Assembly (NCBI GenBank): GCA_965219925.1
Contig: OZ244795.1
Coordinates: forward strand, 1,981,622 to 2,045,621
DNA length: 64,000 bases
DNA from: Dehalococcoidia bacterium
GTDB lineage: Bacteria > Chloroflexota > Dehalococcoidia > Lucifugimonadales > UBA3495
Direction of reading: 5' to 3'
How positions within the stretch are numbered: the stretch's first letter is position 1; each line of letters opens with the position of its first letter. Below, piece by piece: positions 9,185-21,647 of the stretch. The notes beneath the pieces are model-generated. The model saw only the letters and a list, made by a program, of their open reading frames with translations, was not told the DNA's origin and did no database searches. The position numbers and the translations under genes were made by a program.

Positions 9185-9402
9185 CTCACGCGTACCCACT
9201 TTACTCTGTCATTGCGAGCCCGTACTCGATGCGGGGGTTGTCAACCTCGTCGCCGTAGCAATGGTGGTTTGCCGACGTGTGTTCAACCTCAACGAGATTG
9301 CCACGTGGTTCGACAAGCTTACCATGAGCGGTTGCGCTCCTCGCAATGACAGGTGGGGGCGGGCGCCCTTCGCAATGACAGGGTAAAGTGAGTACGCGTG
9401 AG
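9185..9402. repeat. Nested palindromic repeat bounded by CTCACGCGTACCCACTTT inverted ends
   Basis: Ends CTCACGCGTACCCACTTTAC / GTAAAGTGAGTACGCGTGAG enclose a TGTCATTGCGAG...CTCGCAATGACA core carrying inserted hairpin modules. Confidence 0.9.
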
Positions 9403-9565
9403 CGGGTTAGGCGGGCGTTTACGCGGACGGTATCCCGTTCGCAATGGCTCAGTGGGGTTGATATAATCGCCTTGAATCCGGCGAGTTCGGGTTGAGTATC
9501 CTACTGAAGTACCACGAAACGGCGGAACACCGAGTCCCGCCGACCTGACAAGGAGGATCGCAAAG

Positions 9566-10933
9566 ATGGGCGCGACTGAAATAGTGGCAAAGTGGATCGT
9601 TGACACGACCTACGAGGACATACCGCCGGACGCGATTCGCGTGGCCAACGAGTCCTGCTTTGATTTGCTGGGCGTGATACTGGCCGGGTCTACGCAAAAG
9701 GTGGGGGACATCATCCGGAGCTACGCGGGTGAACTGGGCGGTACTGAGGAAGCGACGATTTTGGCCTCCGGCGAGCGAACGTCGGTACTTAACGCGGCGC
9801 TGGTCAATGGAACCATGGGCCACGCGCTGGATTATGATGACTTTGGCGGCTTCGGACACCCCACGGTGGCCATATTCCCGGCGCTGCTGGCGCTGGGCGA
9901 AAGCATCGGAGCCACTGGGCGGGACTTGATGGAAGCCTATATTGTGGGCTGCGAGGTGGGTTTGGCAGTGGATTACGCCACCCATTACCACAGCCAGCAG
10001 ATGCACCGGGGTTTCCACAGCACGGCGATTCTGGGCCGGCTGGCGGCAGCGGCAGCCTGCGCCAAGCTGCTGAAGCTGGACGAGCAACAAACCTCCATGG
10101 CGTTGGGAATGGCCGGGTCGATGGCGTCGGGCGTCATTCACAACTTCGGCACCATGACTAAGCCGCTGCACGCCGGCATGACCTGCCGCGACGGTGTCAT
10201 GGCCGCTCAGTTGGCGCAACGGGGGTTCACGGCTGGCGAGCAGATTCTGGAGCATCCGGTGGGGTTCACGGCAACGGTCATAGGCGATGAACACACCGAT
10301 CTGGAGGCAGCGGCCGGCAACCTTGGGAAACCCTTCCGGGTTCAGGACGCTCTGGTCATCAAGAAATACCCGTCCTGCGGGGGCAACCATGCCATGCTGG
10401 ACAGCATCTTCGGCTTGATGCGGGAGCATGAATTTACTCACCAGGACGTGGCTAACGCCGAAGTTGTGCAGTCGTTCGCATCTACCGTCATGCTCTATGA
10501 GGAGCCCGAATCGGACCTGAAGGGCAAGTTCAGCGCGAAGTACAACATGGCCGCGGCACTGGTGGACGGTGTGGTCGATATCGACACCTTCACCGACGAC
10601 AAAATCGCCGAGCAGGACATGCAGGACATGATGGAACGCGTGCGGATGCGCGTGCAGTCCAAGTGGGAAATTGGCGGCGGCACGGTGTCCAAGGGTGTGC
10701 CGATCCGGATTACGCTGAACGACGGCCGCGTGTTTGAACACGAGACACCGCGCGGTGAGATTCTGGGTAGTCAGGTCAACCCGTGGGGGATGGATAACAT
10801 CACCGGTAAATTCCGCGAAAACGCGGGCCGGGCGCTGTCCGGTGAACGCATAGAAGACGCCGTTCGGCAGTGGCAGGACGTTGCGGACGTTGACGACGTG
10901 GGTACGGCGATACGCAGTACTCTGGTGAAGTAA
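9566..10933 (+). CDS. MmgE/PrpD family protein
   Basis: NGTMGHALDYDD, GHP, GFHST, FGTMTKPLHAG, KKYPSC, KFS; AAGGAGG RBS. Confidence 0.93.
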   Translation: MGATEIVAKWIVDTTYEDIPPDAIRVANESCFDLLGVILAGSTQKVGDIIRSYAGELGGTEEATILASGERTSVLNAALVNGTMGHALDYDDFGGFGHPTVAIFPALLALGESIGATGRDLMEAYIVGCEVGLAVDYATHYHSQQMHRGFHSTAILGRLAAAAACAKLLKLDEQQTSMALGMAGSMASGVIHNFGTMTKPLHAGMTCRDGVMAAQLAQRGFTAGEQILEHPVGFTATVIGDEHTDLEAAAGNLGKPFRVQDALVIKKYPSCGGNHAMLDSIFGLMREHEFTHQDVANAEVVQSFASTVMLYEEPESDLKGKFSAKYNMAAALVDGVVDIDTFTDDKIAEQDMQDMMERVRMRVQSKWEIGGGTVSKGVPIRITLNDGRVFEHETPRGEILGSQVNPWGMDNITGKFRENAGRALSGERIEDAVRQWQDVADVDDVGTAIRSTLVK

Positions 10934-10959
10934 CCGCCACCAGCCATCAGGCTGACGTT

Positions 10960-10987
10960 AGGGGAGGCAACGTTGCCTCCCCTTTTT
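10960..10987 (+). terminator. Intrinsic terminator
   Basis: AGGGGAGGCAAC-GTTGCCTCCCCT followed by TTTT. Confidence 0.8.
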
Positions 10988-11045
10988 GCTGTCCGGGCGG
11001 GTTCCCCATCCTGAGGTAGCCCGCCATCCCGAGGTAGAAGGAAGG

Positions 11046-11834
11046 TTATTTCGGTGGGCCGCCGGGCCGAACGCTTTGTCCACGGTCTGCCATCCGACCC
11101 TGGAAGATGGTGTGTTGCTGGGCCGTGGAGTTGATGGCGATGGTGGCGAAGATTACGTACAGTCCGATGGCGCCACGAATTGCAACCTGGTTCACCGGGT
11201 AGGCGGCGTTTGTCCAGACCGCTTCGATGGCCGAGGTCTGCATGGTGTTGATACCCACGCCAACCAATAACAGGGACAGGGGCGGGAGAATCATGCTCAA
11301 CGTCCATCCCCAAAATCCCGACCCGATGAACATATTAACGACCGCGGCGACGGCAATTGCAAAGGCGGCCACGGCGAGCAGCGACAGGCCGGCGTACAGG
11401 TTTCGGCCGGTGGAGAGGGTAATCGTCGCCATGACGCCGTAAAGCGCTGCGCTTAATGCGCACGCCAGCACTATAGATCCGTTGGTGTAGCTACCCAATA
11501 TCAAAGCGGCCATCAACCCGCCCAGAACGCTCAGGCCCAGGTAGAGTAGAGCCGAAGCCGGCGGGGCCGTGCGGCGAACCAACAGGCTCAGACCAAACAG
11601 CGCGACCAACCATGCCCCAATGGTGAGGATGTAGATGAAAAGCCCGCTGTCAGCGAAAAGGCCGGACCGCTGGGCAAACCAGGCCACAACGCCCAACACG
11701 GCAAAACCCAGGACGTTGCACAGATACATTCTGGGAATGGCTGCCTTGAAAATCTCGTAACCCCGTTCGTCATCCGCATCGAAGTTGCTGGATGACGGCG
11801 ACCGGGGCGGTTGCGCCGGAATAGTCATGCGCAT
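11046..11834 (-). CDS. Divergent Bax inhibitor-1 / YccA-family membrane protein
   Basis: About 7 hydrophobic segments; YTNGSI...ALYGVM...TGRNL and AI.GA..LY patterns typical of BI-1/YccA. Confidence 0.6.
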   Translation of the reverse strand: MRMTIPAQPPRSPSSSNFDADDERGYEIFKAAIPRMYLCNVLGFAVLGVVAWFAQRSGLFADSGLFIYILTIGAWLVALFGLSLLVRRTAPPASALLYLGLSVLGGLMAALILGSYTNGSIVLACALSAALYGVMATITLSTGRNLYAGLSLLAVAAFAIAVAAVVNMFIGSGFWGWTLSMILPPLSLLLVGVGINTMQTSAIEAVWTNAAYPVNQVAIRGAIGLYVIFATIAINSTAQQHTIFQGRMADRGQSVRPGGPPK

Positions 11835-11927
11835 CTCGCATTGAGCGACGGGTTGGATTCGCTCGGATTGCGATGTGACAACAGGTTGGCCGGCAGCGGT
11901 TCAGCTACCGACCGGCGGGACGCGGGT

Positions 11928-12365
11928 TTACGGTTCGAGGCGGATCGGATCTCCGATGTTGATCTCGCCGCCCTGCAGGACGACCGTCAGAATGCCTCTC
12001 CGGCCAAAGATTTCCTTTTGCAAACCGGGTATGAGGGCGTCCATTTTCTGACAGGGTTCGCAGTCGCCGGTAACTTCCAGCGTAATGTGGTTGTCGGGGC
12101 TACCGATGAAGAAGACGTGGCCCTGGGTAGCCTGGGACAGATCCATCCCGGTTACGGTGATATTTTCCTTGACTTGTCCGGGTTCCAGACCGTAGCGATC
12201 CAGCGTTTCTTTGTCCATGACCAAGACCTGGCGCAGATTACGCGGGTTTCGACTGCGGTCACCCTCCAGCCCCTCTGCAGATATGGCGCGGGCAGAGTCC
12301 ACGGGGTCGGAAGGAGTGCCCTTGACGCGGGCGATGTGAAGATTGACGATGCTGCCGGATTCCAT
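11928..12365 (-). CDS. MOSC domain protein
   Basis: GLEGDR, RQVL, ENITVTG, LEVTGDCEPC, RRGI...V..GG.I..GD. Confidence 0.9.
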   Translation of the reverse strand: MESGSIVNLHIARVKGTPSDPVDSARAISAEGLEGDRSRNPRNLRQVLVMDKETLDRYGLEPGQVKENITVTGMDLSQATQGHVFFIGSPDNHITLEVTGDCEPCQKMDALIPGLQKEIFGRRGILTVVLQGGEINIGDPIRLEP

Positions 12366-12490
12366 TGATTGCCTCCCTAAGTTGGCGGTGAATCAGCCGG
12401 GGCATGATGATGGCTGGATTGTAAGGTACGGCGGGAAAGATTGGCAAACCTGAATTGACAAACCGGGTGCGCGTTGCATCGCCATGTTCG

Positions 12491-12764
12491 CTCACGCGTA
12501 ACCACCTGTCATTGCGAGCGCAGCGTGGCAATCTCGTCGCTGAAACCGTCGCCGTTGCTTCAATGGGATTGCCACGTCGCTGCGCTCCTCGCAATGACAG
12601 AATTAAAGCGGGTAGGCGTGAGACCATGTTCTCTGCCTACAGCAGCGCCATTTCAAAGTTGTGGAAATTAACCACCCGCTCGTCCTGAGACTGTCGAAGG
12701 ACGGTCGCCGATGGTTCGACAGGCTCACCATGAGCGGAGGTCGGAGGATTTTGAAAAGGCCCTG
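12491..12764. repeat. Two adjacent repeat elements (CTCACGCGTA-bounded palindrome 12491-12622; CAGGGCC-type element 12643-12764)
   Basis: Same modules as at 9185, 24308 and 53907. Confidence 0.88.
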
Positions 12765-12770
12765 TGCCGA

Positions 12771-12800
12771 CAGTGAAGGTCATAGGCAGTGAAGGTCATA
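12771..12800 (+). repeat. Direct repeat CAGTGAAGGTCATA x2 (period 16)
   Basis: Exact 14-bp copies at 12771 and 12787 upstream of the crotonase gene. Confidence 0.75.
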
Positions 12801-12898
12801 TACGTATCCGGGATTTTTGCCGGCGACTCACCGGTTGGGTAGAATGATCGGCAATCTGGGCTCCGGTCGATAAGACCGGGGTATTGCGAGGGACTGCT

Positions 12899-13750
12899 AT
12901 GGCTTACGAATTTATCAAGACGGACGTGGTGGACGGTGTGCTGGTGATGACGATGCACGACCCTCCGACCCGCAATGCGCTGGGACCGGATATGGCCGCT
13001 GAAATGTTCGAGAGGCTCGACGAGTTTGAGAACAACCCGGAAGAGAGGGTGTTGCTGCTGACCGGAACGGAGCCGTCGTTTTGCTCGGGAGCCAACGTGC
13101 GCGGGTTCCGCCAGCGAATTGAGGATCGCGAGAGTCAGGAAGAGCCCGAACCCCTGACTTGGGGCAAGATGGAGTACATGCTGGGTCGGCATAGCAACGT
13201 GGAAGCCGGCCCACGTGTGAACTTCGTCCCCCTGCGGATCCATGATTTGCAAAAGCCTTCGATAGCGGCCGTGAACGGACCGGCAGCCGGGGTGGGCTGC
13301 GGTCTGGCCCTGTCGTGCGACATTCGGGTGGTGGGCGACACCGGCCGGTTGTCGGAGCGGTTCGTGCTGAACGGACTGATTCCGGGGGACGGGAGTTGCT
13401 GGCAGTTGCCCAAACTTATCGGCACCAGCAATACGCTGCTGCTCCAGTACACGGGTGACTGGATGGGTGGCGAAGATGCGGTGCGCATTGGTTTGGCAAG
13501 CCGGAGCTTCCCGGATGACCAGCTGATGGAAGGCGCCATGGAACTGGCAACCCGCATCGCCAAAGGTCCAACGGTGGCGCATTCGTTGACCAAGTATCTG
13601 GTTCAGCAGAGCATGGGTCTGACCTTTCGGGAGGCGCTGGAGATGGCATCGGCGGCCCAGGAGCACGTACGCCGCACCGAAGACCACAAAATAGCGGTGC
13701 AGTGGTTCCTGGACAAGAACCGGGGTATGCCTCCGTTCGTGGGTCGCTAG
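12899..13750 (+). CDS. Enoyl-CoA hydratase/isomerase family protein
   Basis: RNAL, FCSGANV, KPSIAAVNGPAAGVGCGLALSCDIRV, GLIPGDG. Confidence 0.92.
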   Translation: MAYEFIKTDVVDGVLVMTMHDPPTRNALGPDMAAEMFERLDEFENNPEERVLLLTGTEPSFCSGANVRGFRQRIEDRESQEEPEPLTWGKMEYMLGRHSNVEAGPRVNFVPLRIHDLQKPSIAAVNGPAAGVGCGLALSCDIRVVGDTGRLSERFVLNGLIPGDGSCWQLPKLIGTSNTLLLQYTGDWMGGEDAVRIGLASRSFPDDQLMEGAMELATRIAKGPTVAHSLTKYLVQQSMGLTFREALEMASAAQEHVRRTEDHKIAVQWFLDKNRGMPPFVGR

Positions 13751-13824
13751 CAGGGGTTGCACCGGCGCTGTGGCGGTAAGTGGGCAGCGTGGCAGCAGGG
13801 CGGTGGTGTGGAGGAAATTACCCC

Positions 13825-13853
13825 TTGACGGGACACGATGTTGTGACTATACT
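13825..13853 (+). promoter_or_regulatory. sigma70 promoter of the 23S rRNA unit
   Basis: TTGACG-17 nt-TATACT, about 160 nt upstream of the 23S 5' end. Confidence 0.85.
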
Positions 13854-13938
13854 TCGTTCTTACCGATTGAGCGAAGGGCTGTTTTAGACAGATAGCCCGC
13901 ACCAGGGGCGGAAGCGCCGAGAAGGTTGAGCCAATTGG

Positions 13939-13952
13939 GCTGTTTAACAACT
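13939..13952 (+). promoter_or_regulatory. rrn boxA-like antitermination element
   Basis: GCTGTTTAACAACT resembles boxA (GCTCTTTAACAA), immediately before the processing stem. Confidence 0.6.
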
Positions 13953-14010
13953 GAATAGGAAGTTTTGAACTGTAAGAACCGAGTCTAGTGAATTTGAAGT
14001 TCCTAGCGTG

Positions 14011-17059
<3,049 letters not shown>

Positions 17060-17156
17060 CACGCTAAGAGCTTCTAATTCTCTTGGCTCGGTTCGGATTG
17101 TTTCGAAATAGAAATCACTCCAAGTTCAAACTTCCTGTTCAGTTACAGCACATCGG

Positions 17157-17231
17157 TGCGGGGTGGAGCAGTGGCAGCTCGTCGGGCTCATAACCCGAAG
17201 GTCGTTGGTTCGAGTCCAACCCCCGCTACCA
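17157..17231 (+). tRNA. tRNA-fMet (initiator, anticodon CAT)
   Basis: Cloverleaf with TCGGG-CTCATAA-CCCGA anticodon arm (3 G-C pairs), unpaired 1:72, GGTTCGAGTCC T-arm, encoded CCA. Confidence 0.96.
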
Positions 17232-17247
17232 AATGAGTTAATGAATT

Positions 17248-17274
17248 GGCCCCGGCGTTACGCCGGGGCTTTTC
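17248..17274 (+). terminator. Intrinsic terminator of the 23S-tRNA unit
   Basis: GGCCCCGGCG-TTA-CGCCGGGGCT followed by TTT. Confidence 0.8.
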
Positions 17275-17316
17275 GCTGTTATTCACCCGCCATCGGTTTG
17301 TGGATTGAGGGCAAAT

Positions 17317-18153
17317 ATGAACAAAGAAGCGTACCTGTCCGATGAACAAGTTGCCCATTTCGTGGAATGGGCCGGCCATCTGGTGCGGGGCGAATGGGGA
17401 CTGGAACATTCTTATCAGGGCAAGGGTCCAGCCTTCGAATGCAGCACCCTATACCAAGCTTACCAGCATTATCTTTGGCCGAATTCCCGATCCGGAGAAT
17501 CGGCAGGCGATACGATGGACAGGTTTGACGGCTACCGTCGCAGGTTCGCCGAAATTCAGCCCATAGCGTCCGACGCAGATCAACGAGAGTTCTTCAGCAT
17601 CGCCAAGGAAATCGTCGAATGGGGCGGCATCAACAATCTCGACGTATCGACCCACCGGCATTGGGGGCGTATGTCTCCCGTGGAATTGCAACGGTATATT
17701 GACACGGTCAAAAGGGTTTTCGACTTGGACAGCGCTAATACCGACAGACTGGGCGACATCAAGCAGATGAGCTCCGGATTCAGCAAGATTTACTCGGCGC
17801 TGGTTCCTGGATTGCCAATTTACGACAGCCGCGTTGCCTGCGCGCTGACGTGTCTGGTGCGGCTGTTCAGTCTCGATACGGGAACGAATCTTCCCGGGGG
17901 CGAGCTCGTGTTTCCGGTTCCAGCCAATCGTGGCGGACAGAACCGATGCAAACGCCCAGGAATTTATCACGGACAAGAGCGCAAGTACGCCGAGGCTAAT
18001 CTCAGAACCGCCTGGCTAATACAACGGTTGGTAGATGATCCGGGGGAGTTCGCTGGTGTGCCAGAACCCCGTCGTGCTGATAGTTTGCAATCGGCGTTGT
18101 TCATGCTGGGCTACACCGGGCTCAGGGATGATGCTGTGGTCAAGCGCGGGTGA
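17317..18153 (+). CDS. Hypothetical protein, possible HhH/OGG-fold DNA glycosylase-like
   Basis: IVEWGGI, MSSGFSKIYS, PIYDSRVACAL, C-terminal SALFMLGY motifs; GAGG RBS. Confidence 0.5.
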   Translation: MNKEAYLSDEQVAHFVEWAGHLVRGEWGLEHSYQGKGPAFECSTLYQAYQHYLWPNSRSGESAGDTMDRFDGYRRRFAEIQPIASDADQREFFSIAKEIVEWGGINNLDVSTHRHWGRMSPVELQRYIDTVKRVFDLDSANTDRLGDIKQMSSGFSKIYSALVPGLPIYDSRVACALTCLVRLFSLDTGTNLPGGELVFPVPANRGGQNRCKRPGIYHGQERKYAEANLRTAWLIQRLVDDPGEFAGVPEPRRADSLQSALFMLGYTGLRDDAVVKRG

Positions 18154-18192
18154 GCCGGACGCGACGGTTATGGTTATGGTTGGTTGTTCGGA

Positions 18193-18840
18193 CTAAACCC
18201 GGTCAAATATCCACCTTGCCACATCGAAGGTGAAACCCGGCAGCACGTCTCCCCCGGAGAGAGAGGCCGGGTTTTCCAGTAGCTCCGGTTCGGGTTGCCC
18301 AGCGCGGTAGATGTAAACGTGGCGATTACGCGCGTCAATCAGCCAACCGAGTGCGGCTCCGTTCTCCATGTACAAACGCATCTTGGCGTGAAGGGGGGCC
18401 AGATTGTCGTAGGTGGAGCGTATCTCCACCACAAAATCGGGGCAGAAACGATGAGCATCGCCCGAGGCATGGGGATGGACATCCCACTTTTCCTGAGATG
18501 TCCATGAAGTGTCTGGGATGAGCACGCCGCCGGTGACCAGCATACGGAAGGCAGAATTGGAGCCGCGCGCTTCGCCGCCGTAATCATCCGTCCATAGGTC
18601 AAGCCTTGAAAAGGCTTTTCCTTCGTGACCGTCGCTGGGATGGTGGGTAGGCGACATTATGATGACTTCCCCGTTCGGGCTGAGTTCGAATTGCCAGATG
18701 CTCTGGCGATGCTGCTTCGTGAATTCCACGAACCACTTTTCCAACTCACTTCCGGAGGCGGTGACGCCCAAGCTCCGCAGGTCAATGATCAGCGCATCAT
18801 CTGGGGCAATCGGCGTTTTCGTTGGCGTAACCATAAGCAC
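18193..18840 (-). CDS. Uma2 (DUF820) family PD-(D/E)xK endonuclease
   Basis: EL...GE.IIMSP, PDTSW, CPDFVVEIRS..D, KM..Y..NG..LGWLID, LSG..VLPGF. Confidence 0.92.
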   Translation of the reverse strand: MLMVTPTKTPIAPDDALIIDLRSLGVTASGSELEKWFVEFTKQHRQSIWQFELSPNGEVIIMSPTHHPSDGHEGKAFSRLDLWTDDYGGEARGSNSAFRMLVTGGVLIPDTSWTSQEKWDVHPHASGDAHRFCPDFVVEIRSTYDNLAPLHAKMRLYMENGAALGWLIDARNRHVYIYRAGQPEPELLENPASLSGGDVLPGFTFDVARWIFDRV

Positions 18841-18942
18841 ATTCCTATGTGAGGCTTGCCGACTAGCGGTATGGGGTTGTCAATCAGGCCATCTGCGTCC
18901 TGCTCAAGGCCGGGATGACGGGTGGTTATAGGATGGCCAGGA

Positions 18943-19269
18943 TTAGTCCGCCGCCGGTACGCCGGAGGCTTCCAGGCGATGCACCACCTCGTAGGTGTGG
19001 AACTCGCCGCCACCGAGCAGGAAGTCGGGCGGGCCGCCGGCGTGAGCTGAACGAAATGCGTCGCTGCGCGTCCAGGTCTGATGGTGTTCTTCCGTATCCC
19101 AGTGTGTTACCACCAGGAATTCCTCGTGATCCGGCGTCTTGGTCATTTTCCACAGCTCAAAGCTGACGAACCCAGGATGGTCCTGTACGGCTCCGCGCGC
19201 TTTGAACATGCTTTCCAGAGTGTCTCCATAGCCGGTCTTGACTTTGATAAGGTTGGTTGCGATGAACAT
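18943..19269 (-). CDS. ABM-family monooxygenase, IsdG/HmoA-like
   Basis: N-terminal Asn (ATN), PGFVSFEL, THW, W..SDAFRSAH. Confidence 0.8.
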   Translation of the reverse strand: MFIATNLIKVKTGYGDTLESMFKARGAVQDHPGFVSFELWKMTKTPDHEEFLVVTHWDTEEHHQTWTRSDAFRSAHAGGPPDFLLGGGEFHTYEVVHRLEASGVPAAD

Positions 19270-19305
19270 GGTGATCTCCTTGTGTTGCCGTCGGGGGCAG
19301 GATCT

Positions 19306-20406
19306 TTAGTCTGTGTTCAGGTCGTCCAGCTGCGGTAGGGTTTCTTTGGCCAGCAACTCCAGGGAGCGCAGGCCCTTACTCCGGTCAGCGCCCCAGTCAT
19401 GGCAGAGCACCAGGAGCGTGCCGAATCCACCGGTATCGTCGGACAACTGGCGGATCTGACGGGCGCAATCGTCCGGATCTCCCACGATCCAGAAATTCTC
19501 CAGCATGTATTCGGGCGTCAGGGCGGAATTGGGCAAGTCGGGGCTGGTTTTGATGCCGTCCAGACCACGCAGACCCTGACCCAACAGCGGCAGGAAGTAG
19601 TCGGTGAAGGAAGTAGAGGGCGGCCCGTTCATAATTTCGGCGATGGCCTGCTCCGTGCTATCGGCAACGTAGACCTCGCGGGCGATCCGCCATTGAGAGC
19701 GCGACCCGCTGAGCCCGGCGGTTTTGGCGCCCTTGGAGTAGGCTTCCCAATGCCGAGGCAGGTTGGACGCGTGCAGAAAGAAAGTGCTCATCGGCCACCA
19801 ACCCATTTCTCCGGCCACTGCCAGGGTTTGGGACGATGGACTGCTGCCGGCTACCGCTATCGGCGGGTGCGGCTTCTGGTAGGGCCGCATATGATAGGCA
19901 AGCCCCATCTCGGGGCGGGCGGCGGGTATTTTGACATCGTAATGCTCGCCCTGGAAATGGAAACCGGCCGGATCGTCGTTCGTCCAAATCTGGACGATGA
20001 GTTCGGCGGCTTCACGCATTAGATTGCGTTGCTGGCCGGAGTAGCGGTCCATGCCGAACATTTCCGAGTCGGTGGGAACGCCGCCGGAGCCGATGCCGAA
20101 AAAGAACCGACCCCGGGCCAGGTGATCCAGCATCGCGATGCGGTGGGCGATCATCACCGGGTCGTGAAAGGCCAGCAGGGAAACACCGGTGCCCATTACC
20201 AGATTTTTGGTAACGCCCAGGGCTCGGGCAATAAAGAGATCGGGGGCGGGCATGTTTTCCCATTCGGTGGTGAAATGCTCGCCAATCCAGGCTTCTGAAT
20301 AACCCAACTCGTCGGCGAAAGACATCAGATCGAGGTCTTCGTCGTAGGTGTCGGCGTGCCGGCGACCCGGCGGGTGCAGGGGCATGTTGAACAGGCCGAG
20401 TTTCAT
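19306..20406 (-). CDS. LLM-class flavin-dependent monooxygenase
   Basis: LFNMPLHP, LGYSEAWIGEHFT, IAMLDHLARGR, PYQKPHPPI, VGDPD. Confidence 0.92.
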   Translation of the reverse strand: MKLGLFNMPLHPPGRRHADTYDEDLDLMSFADELGYSEAWIGEHFTTEWENMPAPDLFIARALGVTKNLVMGTGVSLLAFHDPVMIAHRIAMLDHLARGRFFFGIGSGGVPTDSEMFGMDRYSGQQRNLMREAAELIVQIWTNDDPAGFHFQGEHYDVKIPAARPEMGLAYHMRPYQKPHPPIAVAGSSPSSQTLAVAGEMGWWPMSTFFLHASNLPRHWEAYSKGAKTAGLSGSRSQWRIAREVYVADSTEQAIAEIMNGPPSTSFTDYFLPLLGQGLRGLDGIKTSPDLPNSALTPEYMLENFWIVGDPDDCARQIRQLSDDTGGFGTLLVLCHDWGADRSKGLRSLELLAKETLPQLDDLNTD

Positions 20407-20442
20407 GTTGGCGCTCCGGCGACAGGTGATGGTGGAGTGCAG

Positions 20443-21393
20443 TTAGAGCGACTGGGCTACTTTGCCCAGCAGTGCGATGGTGCGTTCCATGGCCTCGGCG
20501 GGGTCGTCCCCGGCGGTGACCGGTGTTACCAGCAGTTCGGTCATGCCCATGTCAAGCATCGCCGTCATGCGCTCGCCGACAGTGTCCTCGTCGCCGGTGA
20601 GAACGGTTGCTGAAATCATGGCGTCGCTCCAGGTTTCTTCCGCGGCTTCCGGGTATCCGGCGGCAGCCCACATCCGTTGGTAAAAGGGCAGACGCGGGTA
20701 GTTGGATAGCTGCTGCTGGACGGCCAGGCGGATTTCGTCGGGGTTGTCGTGGATGCAGACCGGGGCGTGGGCGATGAGCGGCGGCGTTTCCCTGCCGGTT
20801 GAGTCAGAGCCGCGGCGCATGGCCGGTAATGCGGTGTCGCGCAGGTACTCGGCGGGAGAAACCCAGCTGATGGCGCCGTCCGCCTCTGCGCCACACAACT
20901 CAAAGGAACCTTCCTGCAAGGCCGAGGCCATAACCGGGACGTTGACCGGCTGAGGGATGCTGGCGTGGGCGGTGTATTCCTGGCCGTCAAAATCGACCGA
21001 GCCGGTATGCAGCAGCGCCCGCAGGATTTGCAGGTACTCCCGCAAGTTGGTCAAAGGGGCGCGCAGGTTGAAACCGAACATGGAGCGCATGGCTGGCCGG
21101 TGGCTGGGGCCGACGCCCAACCGGAAACGACCGGGAGCCAGCTGGTCGATCACCTGAACCTGTTGGGCAGTAACTATCGGGTGCCGGGGGTAGGTGGGCG
21201 TGATTGAGGTACCGAAGTGGATGTTGTCGGTCTGGACGGAAGCGGCTGCGAAGAGGGTGAGCGCATCGAGGCCGGTCCCGCCCGTGGTCAGCCAGGTCGC
21301 GTTGACCCCAGCGGCTTCAGCCCGTCGCATCAGGTCCAGGGATGCCTCGGCGTTGGCAGCGCCGGCGTGCAGTCCGATTCGTTTGGTGGGCAT
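20443..21393 (-). CDS. LLM-class (F420-dependent type) oxidoreductase
   Basis: GTSITPTYPRHP, PGRFRLGVGPSH, LREY, ADGAISW. Confidence 0.88.
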   Translation of the reverse strand: MPTKRIGLHAGAANAEASLDLMRRAEAAGVNATWLTTGGTGLDALTLFAAASVQTDNIHFGTSITPTYPRHPIVTAQQVQVIDQLAPGRFRLGVGPSHRPAMRSMFGFNLRAPLTNLREYLQILRALLHTGSVDFDGQEYTAHASIPQPVNVPVMASALQEGSFELCGAEADGAISWVSPAEYLRDTALPAMRRGSDSTGRETPPLIAHAPVCIHDNPDEIRLAVQQQLSNYPRLPFYQRMWAAAGYPEAAEETWSDAMISATVLTGDEDTVGERMTAMLDMGMTELLVTPVTAGDDPAEAMERTIALLGKVAQSL

Positions 21394-21488
21394 AACGATA
21401 CCTCGCTTACGCAATTACAGGTCGGATGTGAATGTTGCTTTATCCTAACACTGCACGCCGAATTTGTAGAGGAATTCGCACCTGGCGC

Positions 21489-21610
21489 CAGGGTCTTTCC
21501 AAAGTCCTTTAACACCCGCTCATGGTGAGCTTGTCGAACCATCGACGACCGTCCTTCGACAGGCTCAGGACGAGCGGGTGGTTAATTCCCACTACTTTGG
21601 AAAGACCCTG
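21489..21610. repeat. 122-bp MITE-like element with CAGGGTCTTTCCAAAG terminal inverted repeats
   Basis: Perfect TIR CAGGGTCTTTCCAAAGT / ACTTTGGAAAGACCCTG; internal GAGCTTGTCGAA...TTCGACAGGCTC palindrome; inverse orientation of 53907-54030. Confidence 0.88.
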
Positions 21611-21647
21611 ACCCGGCGCATCACCATCGCTTGGGCAATTGTGGTGA

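Noticed and set aside
9495-9545. Hammerhead-like CTGAAGT...GAAA followed by a stem upstream of the MmgE/PrpD gene
   Set aside because: Core deviates (CUGAAGU instead of CUGANGA), there is no stem II and no UH cleavage site after stem III
13860-14010. Possible 5S rRNA ahead of the 23S
   Set aside because: Lacks 5S hallmarks (CCCATCCCGAAC, GTTAAG); explained as leader, boxA and processing stem
17232-18900. Integrative element or prophage at tRNA-fMet
   Set aside because: No integrase and no duplicated tRNA 3' end seen in the window
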